A stretch of DNA of 64,000 nt. It comes from Elsinoe ampelina (taxonomy: Eukaryota). Below are positions 23,903 through 35,816 of this stretch, one piece after another. A program made the translations under genes and the position numbers. The stretch is from NCBI GenBank assembly GCA_010093995.1, contig ML992514.1, forward strand, positions 159,437 to 223,436, read 5' to 3'. Each line of letters opens with the position of its first letter. The first letter of the stretch is position 1. Below the pieces are notes generated by a model that saw only the letters and a program-made list of their open reading frames with translations, had not been told where the DNA came from and did no database searches.

Positions 23903-25234
23903 ATGGCTACCACCATGTCGAACACATCTGTGACCATGACGAAGGAAAGACGCAGCTCCAGCCTGCCATGGATCAAAGTTCCAAGACTGGCGCTTAGAGG
24001 AGCTGCAAAGAGGAAGCAGAGCGACGCTGTCCTTCCCATCAACGCCACGAAAAGTCCATTGTTGGACCTACCGAATGAACTCGTGATCAACATCGTTTCC
24101 AGTATAGAGCTAGTCGACCTTTTGTCGTTAAGAGGCACTAACAGAGCGCTCAACTCTCTCATAACTTCGCAAGACTCGGACATTGCTCGATATTGGGCTC
24201 GCTACCAACTGGAACACATCCCAAAACTCCTCGGCCAGAAGCCTGAAGATGGCCAGCACTGGCAGTACATCCTTCGACAAAGCCGGCGTTGGCAAATGGC
24301 TTCAAACTTTGCAGATGTGATCAAGGATTATATCCAGTACAAAACCTTTTTGTACGTCTTTGCATCGTATGAAGAGAGGATTCTTACTGATTTGTTCAGA
24401 CATGCTAACGCTCAGCGCAACTTACGATTCGCCCCAGTGGCTCGCCAAATACGTCGACGAATGATTCCATTACTCTTCACACTCTCGACCTACCTTTCAC
24501 AAGCCAAGTCAATGGTACTGGATCTGGCTGACACGGACAACGTCTCTGTCGATTGCGAAGCACACATGGACGCCATGACTAGCGCCATGTTCGAGGGAGT
24601 AGACCTGGCAGATCTCAAAGAGGTACACTACATGTGGCTCTTCATCCTCTGGCTCCTCAACTCGATACTTTCCGTCCCAACCTATGCAGGAACTTTAGAG
24701 CGCACAGTTCGAGGTTGGACCGCAGATCCTCTTGATCGATGCTCTTTGGCCAAGCTACTAGTTCTTGGAAACCTGCCTGCCATCCAGAAGCTAGTCAAGC
24801 TTCGAGACTACAAAGAACGACGACGGTGGGCAGAGGGTTTTCTGTCGTCGCTCAATCCCGATGTGACGTCCAAATGGGCGGAGCGGTGGAAGGACTTGGA
24901 TGTTGGGCTTGATCCACTTCCCCTCAATGTTCAGGCCAAGAAGGCAATGAAGATGGAGATCAACATGCAGTGCCTATGGATGCAGGGCGCTGACATGGTA
25001 TTCGAAAAAGCTGGCGGCGATCACGCTCTCATGGATGATGAGAAGCATCCTTCTGCAACGACGACTGTGAGATTGTTGGCTGAATTGGCTGGGTATGACT
25101 TGTTCCATGCGCCGGTACCGCACGATTATGGAGAGGAAAACAGCTCGTCTTCATCGTCGTCGTCGGCCCGGGAAGGCAGCGTGAGGCGTGATCAGGAGGG
25201 GCAGGATGGCGACGAAGGGTATGAGCAGGCCTAG
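23903..25234 (+). CDS. F-box domain protein
   Basis: F-box motif LLDLPNELVINIVSSIELVDLLSLRGTNRAL. Probable in-frame 48-nt intron at 24352-24399. Confidence 0.75.
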   Translation: MATTMSNTSVTMTKERRSSSLPWIKVPRLALRGAAKRKQSDAVLPINATKSPLLDLPNELVINIVSSIELVDLLSLRGTNRALNSLITSQDSDIARYWARYQLEHIPKLLGQKPEDGQHWQYILRQSRRWQMASNFADVIKDYIQYKTFLYVFASYEERILTDLFRHANAQRNLRFAPVARQIRRRMIPLLFTLSTYLSQAKSMVLDLADTDNVSVDCEAHMDAMTSAMFEGVDLADLKEVHYMWLFILWLLNSILSVPTYAGTLERTVRGWTADPLDRCSLAKLLVLGNLPAIQKLVKLRDYKERRRWAEGFLSSLNPDVTSKWAERWKDLDVGLDPLPLNVQAKKAMKMEINMQCLWMQGADMVFEKAGGDHALMDDEKHPSATTTVRLLAELAGYDLFHAPVPHDYGEENSSSSSSSSAREGSVRRDQEGQDGDEGYEQA

Positions 25235-25370
25235 ATACTGTTGAGTGACTTGTTAGCAGCTTGAGTCTGTATCATCAACAATGTAAAAGGAGAGCAATCA
25301 CTATCTATAGCAGTGATTTGTTTGCTGCCATAAATGACTGTCTCCATCGCGGAAAGCTTCCGCTTCTTTG

Positions 25371-25385
25371 ACGCGTTTCACGCGT
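25371..25385. promoter_or_regulatory. Tandem MCB (ACGCGT) elements upstream of SMC6
   Basis: ACGCGT at 25371-25376 and 25380-25385, about 110-125 nt before the SMC6 ATG. Confidence 0.55.
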
Positions 25386-25496
25386 GCTCCCCTCTGGTTC
25401 ACCCTTGTACTCGCAAAAATTCCACAAATCAAGCATTCGGCATTCACTGGTATTACAGAAGATTTGAGCCGCCTCTGAGGCCGCACAGGTGCATCA

Positions 25497-28400
25497 ATGG
25501 CACCGAACAAGCGCCGCAGGACAGTGGAGGACGATGGTGAAACTGAGAGATCAGGCAGCGAAAGTGAAGCATCGGCAACCCAGCAAGCGCGTGCACCACG
25601 CAACAACGCAAAGGTATGCCAATCGGCGCATTGGCATTTGGTGATACTGATCATACCCAGAGGAAGAAATCCCGCACCGCCCGGGCAGCTGAGAATGGAG
25701 GCTCTGCAGTTTCCGACGAGGACTCCAACCAAGACGTCACCGACGACCCCGAGGAGACCGAGCTGTCCAGCGTTGACGAGGATGAAGAGACTCTCAGGAC
25801 AAAGGTCCTTCGGCAGATGCTTGAGGATACGGGTGGCGAAGACCTACTGAACAGCGGCCAGATCAATCAGGCCGCAGACCACGGTGTGATTGAGGAGGTC
25901 TACTGTCAGAACTTCATGTGTCACTCCAAGCTGAGGATCAAGCTGGGACCGCTCATCAACTTCATTATCGGGCACAACGGGAGCGGCAAGAGTGCGGTAC
26001 TCACTGCCCTGACACTGTGCTTGGGAGCAAAAGCGTCGGTCACGAATCGTGGTGGCAGCTTGAAACATTTTATAAAGGAAGGGACGGATGCATGTATGGT
26101 CAGCGTCAAGATCAAGAACAGAGGAGAGGGTGCCTTCCAGCATGACCTTTATGGCGACACGATCACGGTGGAGAGACACTTCAAGCGTGCTGGCGGCAGT
26201 GGTTTCAAGCTTCGGAATGAGGACGGTCGGATCATTTCGACCAAGAAGGCAGATTTGGAGGACATGCTGGACTTCCTTGGCTTACAGCTGGACAACCCAA
26301 TGAACGTGTTATCGCAAGACATGGCAAGACAATTCCTCAACAACTCGTCGCCACACGACAAGTACAAGTTCTTTCTGAAAGGCACACAACTGGAACAGCT
26401 GGATCGTGATTACCGCACCATGAACGAGTATGTCGATCAGATCGAGATTCAGCTTGAGAATCGATACAGAGACATTGCACATCTTCGTAAACGATTGCAG
26501 GATGCCGAGAACAAGAAGAAGCAGGCAGATCAGGCCGAAACAATCACCGACAAGATTAAGGAGTATGATCGCATGCATGCCTGGGCACAAGTCAAGGAGC
26601 AGGAGGACGAGCTCGCAAAAGCTATAGAGGAAGTCGCCACACTTGAAGAAAAGCTAGCCCAACGAGAGCAGGACGCCAGAGAGAAATCAGAACGCTTCGA
26701 CCAGGCAAATACATCCTTCGAAAGTGCCAAAGACCTCAAGACCCAGTTTGAAACAGATCTTCAACCGGCCGAAGAGGAGAAAAGTCGGGTGAAGGACGAG
26801 TTTGACACGAACAAGAAGAAGTTGCTCGAGATGCAGTCTACCCAGCGTAACATCAAGTCGGACCTGAAAGCTGCTCAAAACCGGGTCAAACAAGCTGAGG
26901 AGAGTGTCCGCAAAGAGCAAGACCGCATTCAGCAAGCCAGCGGTCCCGCTCAGGCACAGAAGTTCGAAGAACTTCGCGAGGCTGAGGAAGAGGTCGAACA
27001 GAGGAAGCGCGATGAGGAAGGGCAAGGCGACAAGAGGGCTTTGGAGGATAGCAGAAATGAAATTTTAGCAAAGAAGACCGCCGAGGAGAGCGCCATCGAA
27101 ACTGCCACGGCCAAGGCAAGTGAAGACAAGTCGACGGCAGAACGAGCGTTGCAGGAACTTCGAAACGAGCAGCGACCACGCACTAGGGCCTATCACGAAT
27201 CACTGCAGCGGCTTTTGCAAGCTATTCAGAGAGAGCGAGGTTTCAGGGAGAAGCCGATCGGACCTCTTGGATATCACGTCAAGCTGAAGAACCCAGACTG
27301 GAGCTCGGTCATCGAATCTGTCTTCGGGGGCGTGCTCAATGCTTTTGTTGTCACCAACGCTCATGATCAAGGGATCATGCGCAAATTGACCAACAATGTG
27401 GGTTATCATGGTGACATTTACATTGGCAATCCCCGACCATTGGACGTCACCAACAACAAGGCGGACACGAAATATGATACACTACTGGATGTCCTTGAGA
27501 TCGACCACGACATCATTCGCAATTTGTTCATCATTAATCAGTCGGCCGAGAAGACGGTGCTAATTCAAGCTCGTAATGAGGCTTCCGACTTCATCTCCAA
27601 GAGGCCACGCAACGTCGTGATTGCCCTTGCTATGGACATGAACAGACGCGGTGCGGGCCATCGCTTCTCTTATACGGCGAACGGGTCACGTATGGACCCA
27701 GTCGCGGCTTGGAGAGGACTAGCCAGGATGCAGACAAATGTTGAAGCCCAAATTGCAGCCCAGCAGAGCAACATTGCGGACGCCGAACGGAGAATGAAGA
27801 GCGACACCCAGAAGCTTCAACGACTTAATCAAGAGCTGGCAGAGGTCAATCGGTCCATCAACTCATTCAACCATCGTGGTCGTGAACTTCGCGTTGCCAG
27901 ACAAGAAGCAGAAGCTAATGTGGAGAGAATCAAGCAAGAACTGGATGAGTTCACGATCGATGCGGGCACACTCGACGCTCACAAGTCTGCCCTCGAAGAA
28001 GCCACAGGCGATGTCCAGCTAGCAGAACGCTCCTTCGAGGACAGCGTCAACGAGAAGGACGTTCTCAATGAGCAACAGCGACTACTCAAGGCGGAACTGG
28101 ACAAGGCGCAGGCAGTCGTTACCGAGTTCAGAACCAAGATTGACAAAATTGATGAAGCTATTCGGAAGAAGCAAGCTCTGCGCGCCACCGCTCTGTCAGA
28201 GAAGAATCAGGCTATGGACAAGGTCCAGGACACTAAAGAGGACAAGGTCAAAGCTGAGGAGCAACGGGATGTACTGGATGCGCGAGTGAAAGAATGGATC
28301 CGCGAGGCAGAGAATGTCTGCGAGCGTCGCGAGATTGAGCCCGGCATGACCCCAGAGAAGATCGAGAAGAAGATTCAGGCATTGGAGAAACAGAGGCATG

Positions 28401-29316
28401 ATCGTGAGAGGCAGTGAGTAGATTAGGTTCTTGTAAGGTCGACTTGACTGACACTGGGCAGACTTGGGGGTACACGGGAGCAGATTGTCCAGCAATGGGT
28501 GGCTGCGAATGAAGCTTGGGACGTTGCAAGGAAGGAACACAATTCTTTGAAGGGTGTCGCAAAGGTTGGCCTTATCATCCAATGACCCAACAAATCTGTA
28601 GTCGCTGACGGCCCATAGCTCCTCAAAGACACCTACATCAACCGCATCAAAGCTTGGAGGAAGTTCCGTCACCACATCATGGTCAGAGCAAAGATCATGT
28701 TCAGTCTTCTACTTGATCAGCGCAAGTTCAAGGGCAGATTGCTTGCTGATCATCAGACACGCTCGCTGGACATTTCGGTACGCACGTGCCTCACGACATA
28801 GTTTCATCCTTGACTGATGATGCTTCCAGGTCCAGCCAGACGCTACAGAAGCGAGTGATGAGGGAAGGCAGGCGAAGACACTCTCTGGTGGTGAGAAGTC
28901 TTTCTCGACCATTTGTCTGCTGCTGTCCATCTGGGAATCGATGGGTTCGCCAATCCGCTGCTTGGATGAGTTGTGAGTATGCTTTGACCCACAGAAGTTC
29001 AATGCGCTGATGAAGTCACAGTGATGTGTTCATGGACAACGTCAATCGTGACACGAGTATGAGGATGATGGTGCCATCTATCCTCCCTAGCTATGCTTCG
29101 ACCTTGCTAACACACTCGAGATTCAAGCTGCCCGCTCAGCTGTGGGCAAGCAGTACATCCTCATCACGCCTCAGGCAATGAACAACATCCCCATTCAGGA
29201 GGACATGAGGATTATCAAGTATGTCCTGCGTCCAGCTCTTTCGTGCTCAATGCTAATGACGACACAGAATGAGCGACCCCGAGCGTGGCCAGACCACCAT
29301 CACCCTCCAGACCTGA
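25497..29316 (+). CDS. SMC6: Structural maintenance of chromosomes protein 6
   Basis: Walker [20 protein letters not shown], long coiled coil, signature LSGGEKSF, Walker B/D-loop LDEFDVFMD and ILITPQ. Introns 25614-25660, 28414-28461, 28565-28618, 28778-28829, 28973-29021, 29071-29120 and 29219-29267. Confidence 0.95.
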
Positions 29317-29406
29317 TCTCTTTTCCGAGCCGCAGCTCCCTGCGCCCTGCCCTTCTGTATATATACATAGCAGCATCTCTTCATGATACCCCAGCTTCTT
29401 ACCCCT

Positions 29407-30183
29407 TCACTTGCCCTCCCGCTGTATCTCCTCCCTCCTCTCCAACACTTTATCCACAATCCCAAACTCCAACGCCTCCTTGGCCCCCATGAAATAATCC
29501 CTCTCCATGTACTTCTCAATCTCCTCCAAACTATGCTCTTTCGTCAAATGCCTCCTGTAAATCTCATTCAACTGACTCCGTATCCTCAAAATCTCCTTTG
29601 CGTGTATCGCGATATCACTCGCCTGCCCACTGAACCCTCCAGACACCTGATGGACCATAATCCTGCTATGCGGCAAACAAAACCTATTCCCCTTCGCGCC
29701 GCCACACAGCAGCAAAGACCCCATGCTCGCGGCCTCACCCACGCAAATGGTCGTCACGGGCGAGCGGATATACGTCATGGTATCGTAGATGGCGAGACCG
29801 GCCGTCACGCTGCCGCCCGGCGAGTTTATGTAGAGCGAAATCGGCTTGTGGGGGGCGTCGGCTTCGAGGAAGAGGAGTTGCGCCACGATCGAGGCCGAGA
29901 GCGTGTCGTCCACGGGCCCGTTGAGGCAGATGATGCGTTCGCGCAGGAGCCGCGAGAAGATGTCGTATGTGTGCCATCCGCCGCCGATGGTTTCGGTTAC
30001 GAAGGGCATGGGGAGGGAGGAGGTTGGGGTCGGGGAGGGGGAGGCGTGGTTGAGAGTTGGGGGGCTGGTGGTGGTGGTGGTGGGTTGGCGGGAGGGCGGG
30101 AAGGGGGGGACGGTGGTGAATGGTCGGAGGAGGGTGGGGGGAGTTCGGGGCGCGAGAAGGCGCGGGAGGGGGAGGCGTGGCAT
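29407..30183 (-). CDS. clpP: Mitochondrial ATP-dependent Clp protease proteolytic subunit
   Basis: Arg/Leu-rich presequence from ATG 30183, then [41 protein letters not shown] and RIMVHQ. Intronless. Confidence 0.95.
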   Translation of the reverse strand: MPRLPLPRLLAPRTPPTLLRPFTTVPPFPPSRQPTTTTTSPPTLNHASPSPTPTSSLPMPFVTETIGGGWHTYDIFSRLLRERIICLNGPVDDTLSASIVAQLLFLEADAPHKPISLYINSPGGSVTAGLAIYDTMTYIRSPVTTICVGEAASMGSLLLCGGAKGNRFCLPHSRIMVHQVSGGFSGQASDIAIHAKEILRIRSQLNEIYRRHLTKEHSLEEIEKYMERDYFMGAKEALEFGIVDKVLERREEIQREGK

Positions 30184-30322
30184 GTTGTTGGTTGCTGGAG
30201 AGAAGTGGGTGAGGTATATGGAGATGGAGCTGGTGCTGGAGGGAAAGTTTGGATGGACGCGAGTCATGGGTGAGGTCATTTTGCATGCTCGAGGTTTGCG
30301 GATTTTGCATTTCACATACAAC

Positions 30323-32215
30323 ATGGAATCTGGATCTGGATCTGGAGATGGAGATGGAGATGGAATTGGAATTGGAGGGACTGGTTTGAATGCTGATGTG
30401 TTCTCGAAGAGGTTGCCGGATGATTGCGTCGAGTATCTGATCTTGGTGCTTGATGAAAAGATCAAGTCGGAGTTTGAGCTGCGGGAGAGTTTGAAGAAGA
30501 TTCAGAATGCCGTGAAGGAGTTGGAGAAGAAGTATTTGAAAGACTACATCTGGCAGAGAGAGGCGTTCAGTCTGTCCCTCGAGCGTGCTCAACCTGGTCA
30601 GAATGGTATCTCGAAACCAGCGGACACCCCTCCTTCGCCACTCTCCTACACTCTCCACGGCACTACCAACTTTGGCGACTCGATAGCTGACGAATGGGTC
30701 ATCGTCTACCTCCTCCGTGAACTCAGCCTGCAGTTCCCCACAGCCTGGATCCGCCTCACCGACACCGACGGCGAGTTCCTCCTCATCGAAGCCGCCAATG
30801 CCCTCCCCAAATGGCTCAACCCCGAGATCGCCGACAACCGCGTCTGGCTCAACGACGGCAAGCTCAAGATCATCCCGCTCCCCGCCGACTCACCATCGCC
30901 CTCGAGTAACCTCACCCTCACCTCTGCCATCTCCCACCTCTCCACCCCGTCCCCTACTCTCCTGATCGACCCATCTATCCAAACCGAAGCCTTTTTCCGC
31001 GTCCGCCACCACCCTTCGGCCATCACAACCAACATCCACCACGCCCTGCTCCGCATCCCCCGCCGTCTAGCATTCATCGTCCACGCACTCCCCTCCGCCT
31101 GCTCCCCCGCCATCGAAGCCTTCTACCTCCGCGACCCGATCGCCCTCAAACCCCTCGCGACAAAAGACACCGGCACCCTGCTCTTCCCGCCCGAAGACTT
31201 CGTCACTGTCTCTGTGCGCTTCAACCGTGCAGGCTATGCGCAGTTGAAAAGCCAGGAGTTTGCGCCGCCTCCGAGCTGGACGGGGGTGATCCCGCATCTT
31301 GGCAGGGAGGAGGTGAGGATGGGGATGAAGTTGACGTGTGGGATGGAGATGTTGGTGAGGGATGAGGCGGAGAAGGATCGGAGGGTGGTGAGGGAGGTGA
31401 AGCTTTTGTTGGAGGATGTGGAAGGGGGAGAAGCGTTGCCGGTCGATGAGGAGATCAAGGCTTGGAAGGACGTGGAGAGGCAGGATGATGAGGGGTGGTT
31501 GGATATTAAGTTTGGGGACTTGGAGAAGGAATTGGATGGGAAGGGTAAGGAGGGTAAGGGCAGGTTTGGTGATCAGGAGGCGCAGGAGAATTTGCGGAGG
31601 ATGGTGGGGAGGTTCGAGGAGTTTATGAAGGATGAGAAGGCGGGGATGGACGGGGTGGATTTGAGTGACGGCGAGAGTACGGGGAGTAGCGAGGTTGATA
31701 GTGATGGGGAGGACAAGGATGGGAGCTTTGATGAGGAAGAATTTGAGAAGGCGATGAGGGAGATGATGGGATTACCGCAGGAGGAGAAGGAGAAGAATGG
31801 GCTTGTGGAGGAGGCGAGAAAGTTGGCGCTGGAGATGGAGGATGAGGAGGAAATGCAGAGGGACGATGACGAGGAGGCAAGGAAGATTATGGAAATGATG
31901 GAGCGGGAGCTGAAGGGTAAAGGGGCATTGGACATCGGCGACCTCAAGAAGAGGGCGGAAAGTGGTGAGCAACGAAGCTTGATGAAGGGTAAAGCACCAG
32001 AGAGAATTGAAGAGCTCGATGAGCTGAGCAGCGACGATGATATGGAAGAGAACGAGGTTGATGTGGAACTGCTCAGGAATGTGCTAGAGAGCTTCAAGGG
32101 TCAAGCAGGCCTGACTGGCCCAGCGAGCAGCATGTTGGCGTCCATGGGAATACAGCTACCTCGGGATGAGAGCAACGTCAAGGGCAAGGGGAAAGGAAAA
32201 GCAAGGCAAAAGTGA
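30323..32215 (+). CDS. Ecdysoneless/SGT1-domain protein
   Basis: [59 protein letters not shown], acidic tail and [20 protein letters not shown]. The listed ORF upstream of 30323 is antisense to clpP and is not part of the gene. Confidence 0.88.
   Translation: MESGSGSGDGDGDGIGIGGTGLNADVFSKRLPDDCVEYLILVLDEKIKSEFELRESLKKIQNAVKELEKKYLKDYIWQREAFSLSLERAQPGQNGISKPADTPPSPLSYTLHGTTNFGDSIADEWVIVYLLRELSLQFPTAWIRLTDTDGEFLLIEAANALPKWLNPEIADNRVWLNDGKLKIIPLPADSPSPSSNLTLTSAISHLSTPSPTLLIDPSIQTEAFFRVRHHPSAITTNIHHALLRIPRRLAFIVHALPSACSPAIEAFYLRDPIALKPLATKDTGTLLFPPEDFVTVSVRFNRAGYAQLKSQEFAPPPSWTGVIPHLGREEVRMGMKLTCGMEMLVRDEAEKDRRVVREVKLLLEDVEGGEALPVDEEIKAWKDVERQDDEGWLDIKFGDLEKELDGKGKEGKGRFGDQEAQENLRRMVGRFEEFMKDEKAGMDGVDLSDGESTGSSEVDSDGEDKDGSFDEEEFEKAMREMMGLPQEEKEKNGLVEEARKLALEMEDEEEMQRDDDEEARKIMEMMERELKGKGALDIGDLKKRAESGEQRSLMKGKAPERIEELDELSSDDDMEENEVDVELLRNVLESFKGQAGLTGPASSMLASMGIQLPRDESNVKGKGKGKARQK
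30328..30376 (+). repeat. Degenerate hexamer tandem repeat (ATCTGG/AGATGG/AATTGG) encoding GS/GD/GI
   Basis: ATCTGG x3, AGATGG x3 and AATTGG x2, read directly from the sequence. Confidence 0.85.
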
Positions 32216-32279
32216 TGGGCAGGCGCTACATAACTGATTTGAGATACCCCATAGACTGCCCAAGCATAATGACATGACT

Positions 32280-32780
32280 CTACAACCGCTTCTGCTTGCC
32301 ATGGAACTTCTGCAACAGCAGGTAAAGCCCCAATGCTCCGGCAGTGAACGACATGCCTGCTCTCACATAGTTCTGAGCAGTCCAGCCCTGCAACAACTTC
32401 ACTATCCGGCCGGCATCAGCGCTGGCCTTCTCTGCACTACCTGCCTCGTAGCTAAGCAGAGTTTGGATCCCAGGGAACATGTAGAGCCGTGTGTAGATCA
32501 TCGGAGCCACAGCGATGGCAGTAGCGATAGACAGGGGGACCCGCTGTTCCGGATCACGGTATGCAGCTGCTCCTGTGACGAGAGCTGTGATGCCGCCGAA
32601 AGGAACGACGAAGAGGCCGCCGCTGTTGAATATGTACTTGAACAAGGGAAGGCTGCTAGACGGCGGGAGATCATATGCTTTTGGCAACACCATCCAGGAG
32701 ACGCCGAAGGAGAAGCCAGCTTGGATGAAGGCGGCGGAGAGACCAATGGCTTGGAGGGAGGTGGTGGTGCCGTCTGACAT
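32280..32780 (-). CDS. DUF1772 / anthrone-oxygenase-like small membrane protein
   Basis: About 166 aa with four hydrophobic segments, YTRLYMFPGIQTLL and the terminal LLQGWTAQNYVRAGM pattern. Confidence 0.7.
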   Translation of the reverse strand: MSDGTTTSLQAIGLSAAFIQAGFSFGVSWMVLPKAYDLPPSSSLPLFKYIFNSGGLFVVPFGGITALVTGAAAYRDPEQRVPLSIATAIAVAPMIYTRLYMFPGIQTLLSYEAGSAEKASADAGRIVKLLQGWTAQNYVRAGMSFTAGALGLYLLLQKFHGKQKRL

Positions 32781-33190
32781 AGCTGTTGGTAGAAATGTCT
32801 TCTTTCTCCGGCTCAATAGGTCCCAAATGTGTGATGTGTTGCTGTCTACGAAGGTCGTCAACGTGGCGGCGTTTCAGTGACCGAGAAGCTGAGATGGAGT
32901 GGATTTGGAAGGGGAGAGCGTGTATCGACCTCAGCAATATACTTCCAGCGTGCAGTCCATCTAATGGAGCTTACCTGAAACGGCACTTCAGCTCCCCATA
33001 CTGTACGCGTGTTTCGTGTTGAACGGCTGAGGCGTGCGTTGTCGTCCCAAATGGACCTGACCTTGCGAAGTAAGCCACAAAGTAAGCAAGCTTGCACGTG
33101 ATCTGTCGGCATCGGGCACAAATTTTGCCGATGCATCAAAAAAAAAGTTTGTGGCGACGGCGAGGTGTGATTATTCGAACAACATTAAAT

Positions 33191-34523
33191 ATGGCAAACT
33201 ATGATAGCGACTCCTCGGCTGGTGAGGATGACTATACCGAGACGTCAGTCTTACTAGGATACGCTTCTAAAGAAGCAACTGACGATGCCATCAGCCATCT
33301 CGGTGGCCATCCAGTAGGTTTACTCTGAGCATTCTCCAATTCTCGAAGGGCAGATCTGACCATATACACAGGCATGGCTGGATGGAAAGACTGCTCCATC
33401 AGGTGATCTAGCCAAATGCAAAGTCTGCAACAATCTTCTGAGTCTGCTTCTGGAACTCAATGGCGACTTACCGGAACGATTTCCCAATCACGAAAGACGA
33501 CTATATCTACTCGGCTGCCGGCAGAAAGCATGCAGACGGAAGGAAGGATGCATCAGAGGCTTTAGAGCTGTAAGACCGAGTAAGCTGTCCAAGCAGCCTG
33601 CTGTATCGACACCAGCATCTGCACCCCCAGAGCCACCCAAACCAAAAGCAGACCTAGGCTCCTCCATCTTCGGCTCGAAACCCAGCTCCTCTTCATCCTC
33701 ATCAAACCCTTTCGCCTCGCCTGGCTCTTCCAACTCAACATCAAATCCCTTCGCCAACGCCTCCTCCTTAGCCGCCAAACCCCCTCAACGTCCCGAACCC
33801 TTCCCACAACCAGACATGGACACCCTCCCCGCCACCTTCGCCGACAAAGCGCGCATCTCCCCCTCGCCCACCTTCTCCCCCTCTCCCACCCCTCACGGCC
33901 CCGCACCACCCTGGCCCCCCCTCTCCTCCTTCCCCCCACCCTACCCCACCTTCTCCCTCGACGCAGACTACGAAGCCCTCTCCGCCCCCTCCCCCACCAT
34001 CCCCGCCCAAACCCGCGTCGACATGGACATCGACGACCCCGCCCCCACCACCAACGGCGGCAGCTCCTCCTCCTCCTCCAAGGACGCCAACCAAGAAATC
34101 TTCGAATCAACCATGGACAAAACCTTCCAACGCTTCGCCGACCGCGTCGCGCAGAACCCGGAGCAAGTCCTGCGTTACGAGTTCGGCGGCCATCCACTGC
34201 TGTACTCGCGCGACGACGCAGTGGGACGCGTCCTCGCGCCTGCCGTGGGGGAGGTGAGCGCGAGGGCCGGAGGGGCGGGGAGGAGTAGAGTCCCGCGATG
34301 TGAGCGGTGTGGCGGGGAGAGGACGTTTGAGGTGCAGCTTATGCCGAATGCGATCATGGAGTTGGAGGCCGAGGAGCAGGGGACGGATGGCATGGATTGG
34401 GGGACGATTGTGTTGGAGGTTTGCAAGGGAAATTGTGTGCCGCAGGGCGTGGGGGAGGGGGAGGTGGGGTATGTGGAGGAGTGGGTGGGGGTGCAGTGGG
34501 AGGAGGTGGTGAAGAGGAGGTAG
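33191..34523 (+). CDS. TSR4: Tsr4/PDCD2L (PDCD2_C domain; uS5 chaperone)
   Basis: TSVLLGYA, SHLGGHPAWL (intron 33314-33371), CKVC, RVAQNPEQVLRYEFGG, FEVQLMP, MDWGTI and YVEEWVGVQWEE. Confidence 0.9.
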
Positions 34524-34876
34524 GTCGAGAGAGCTGGAGGGACTGAAGGGATAGGGAGATGGTGGTGGTGGAGGGGAATGAGATGGGTGGAAATGCAGCT
34601 TTTGAATTCGTAAGCATGATCTATTCGAAGCCGCATTGGCGGCAAGCTTTAAGCGTGGAGCCCAAGTTTTTGGTGCAGGATGCATGATGCTCGCTGCACA
34701 GCTTGCACACGTGATGTGACCTCAGCAGGGGAGAGGTCTCCCGAATCGTCCGTCATGTGACCTTGAAACCCTGGTGACATGGTGATGCCAGTCACGTCCA
34801 TCACATCTCCTTCATGCCGCCCCGGCGTCATCTGCAAAGCCCTGTTCCGACGTGCGATATCATCCCTCATAGCCTT

Positions 34877-35816
34877 CTAAGCTGGCTGCTCGAAAGCCCT
34901 CTTGACCGTCCTGCCAAACTGCTCAAACTTGACACTCTCCCTGACCACCGTGCTCCTTGCCTCGTTCTCCTTGTTCAATGGTATCTCCACCTTGTCACCC
35001 TCGATCTTCCACCCGCAGACATCCTTGACGAACTTGTCGAATTTGTCTCCGCTCAAGTTGAGCCATCCCTCGAGTATGCTCCGGTCCACGCTCTGCATGC
35101 ATTGACTGATCACGACCGCCATCCGCACACGCATAAGCTCTTCGAATCCTTGCACATCGGCGATGAGGTCTGAGTAGAGGTCGTCGCCGTCGATTGAAGA
35201 CCAGAAGTTCTCGTATTGTGCATTGTTGAGTTGTGAGTGTAGCTGGTTCAGCTTTTGAACTGCTTGTGCGATGGACCCTTCTGGAGGATTTGAGGCGCCA
35301 TTGGTGCCGTTTGAGGAAGGGCTGACGAGTGTGTGGGTGGGTAGAAGGGAGAGGCAGAGGCTGAAGTCGGGTGAGGGGAATACGGTTAGAGCCTTGACCA
35401 GGATGTTGGTGACGGTCTCGTCGCGGGAGAGGTGTGGGTTAAATTGGTATCTGAGAGATTCATGTCAGTCGAGGAGTCTTTCCGGGACATGAGCAAGAAA
35501 TTGTGCGTGTCGGTGGGGGTTCAGATAGAGCTAATAAAAACGCTGCATTGCGCGCCGGGTTCATTCGGCATGCTCAGGTAATAGGAAACGTTGTGGTTGT
35601 TTGTTCATCTTGTATAGACTTCCAGTAAGAATGATGAGGGACGTACAGCTTGAGTAATGCGAGGTTCGCGTAGCAGTCATATGTCTGGTTGTCGCATTGC
35701 TGCTGAACGTAGTCCTGGAAAGTCCCTGTGGTCTCAGGATTGTATCGATCGAGGCCGTTCAGGATCGCGTCGATGTGTTCGGGCCTCTCAGGCACAGAGT
35801 CGAAAGCGTTGCCCAT
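34877..35816 (-). CDS. eIF3k: Translation initiation factor eIF3 subunit K
   Basis: [30 protein letters not shown] across intron 35451-35646, [10 protein letters not shown], and C-terminal [20 protein letters not shown]. Confidence 0.93.
35516..35613 (-). ncRNA. Probable intronic box C/D snoRNA guiding 18S rRNA 2'-O-methylation (site equivalent to human Am166/SNORD44)
   Basis: Within the 196-nt eIF3k intron: C-like box ATGAACA (35608-35602), D' CTGA (35577-35574), C'-like ATGAACC and D CTGA (35524-35521). The D box is preceded by TATTAGCTCTA, complementary to the conserved 18S segment UAGAGCUAAUA. Confidence 0.72.

Noticed and set aside
29383..30322. Long + strand ORFs (29383-30273 and the 5' part of 29846-32215) overlapping clpP
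   Set aside because: Antisense shadows of clpP in GC-rich, stop-poor DNA, with no recognisable motifs.
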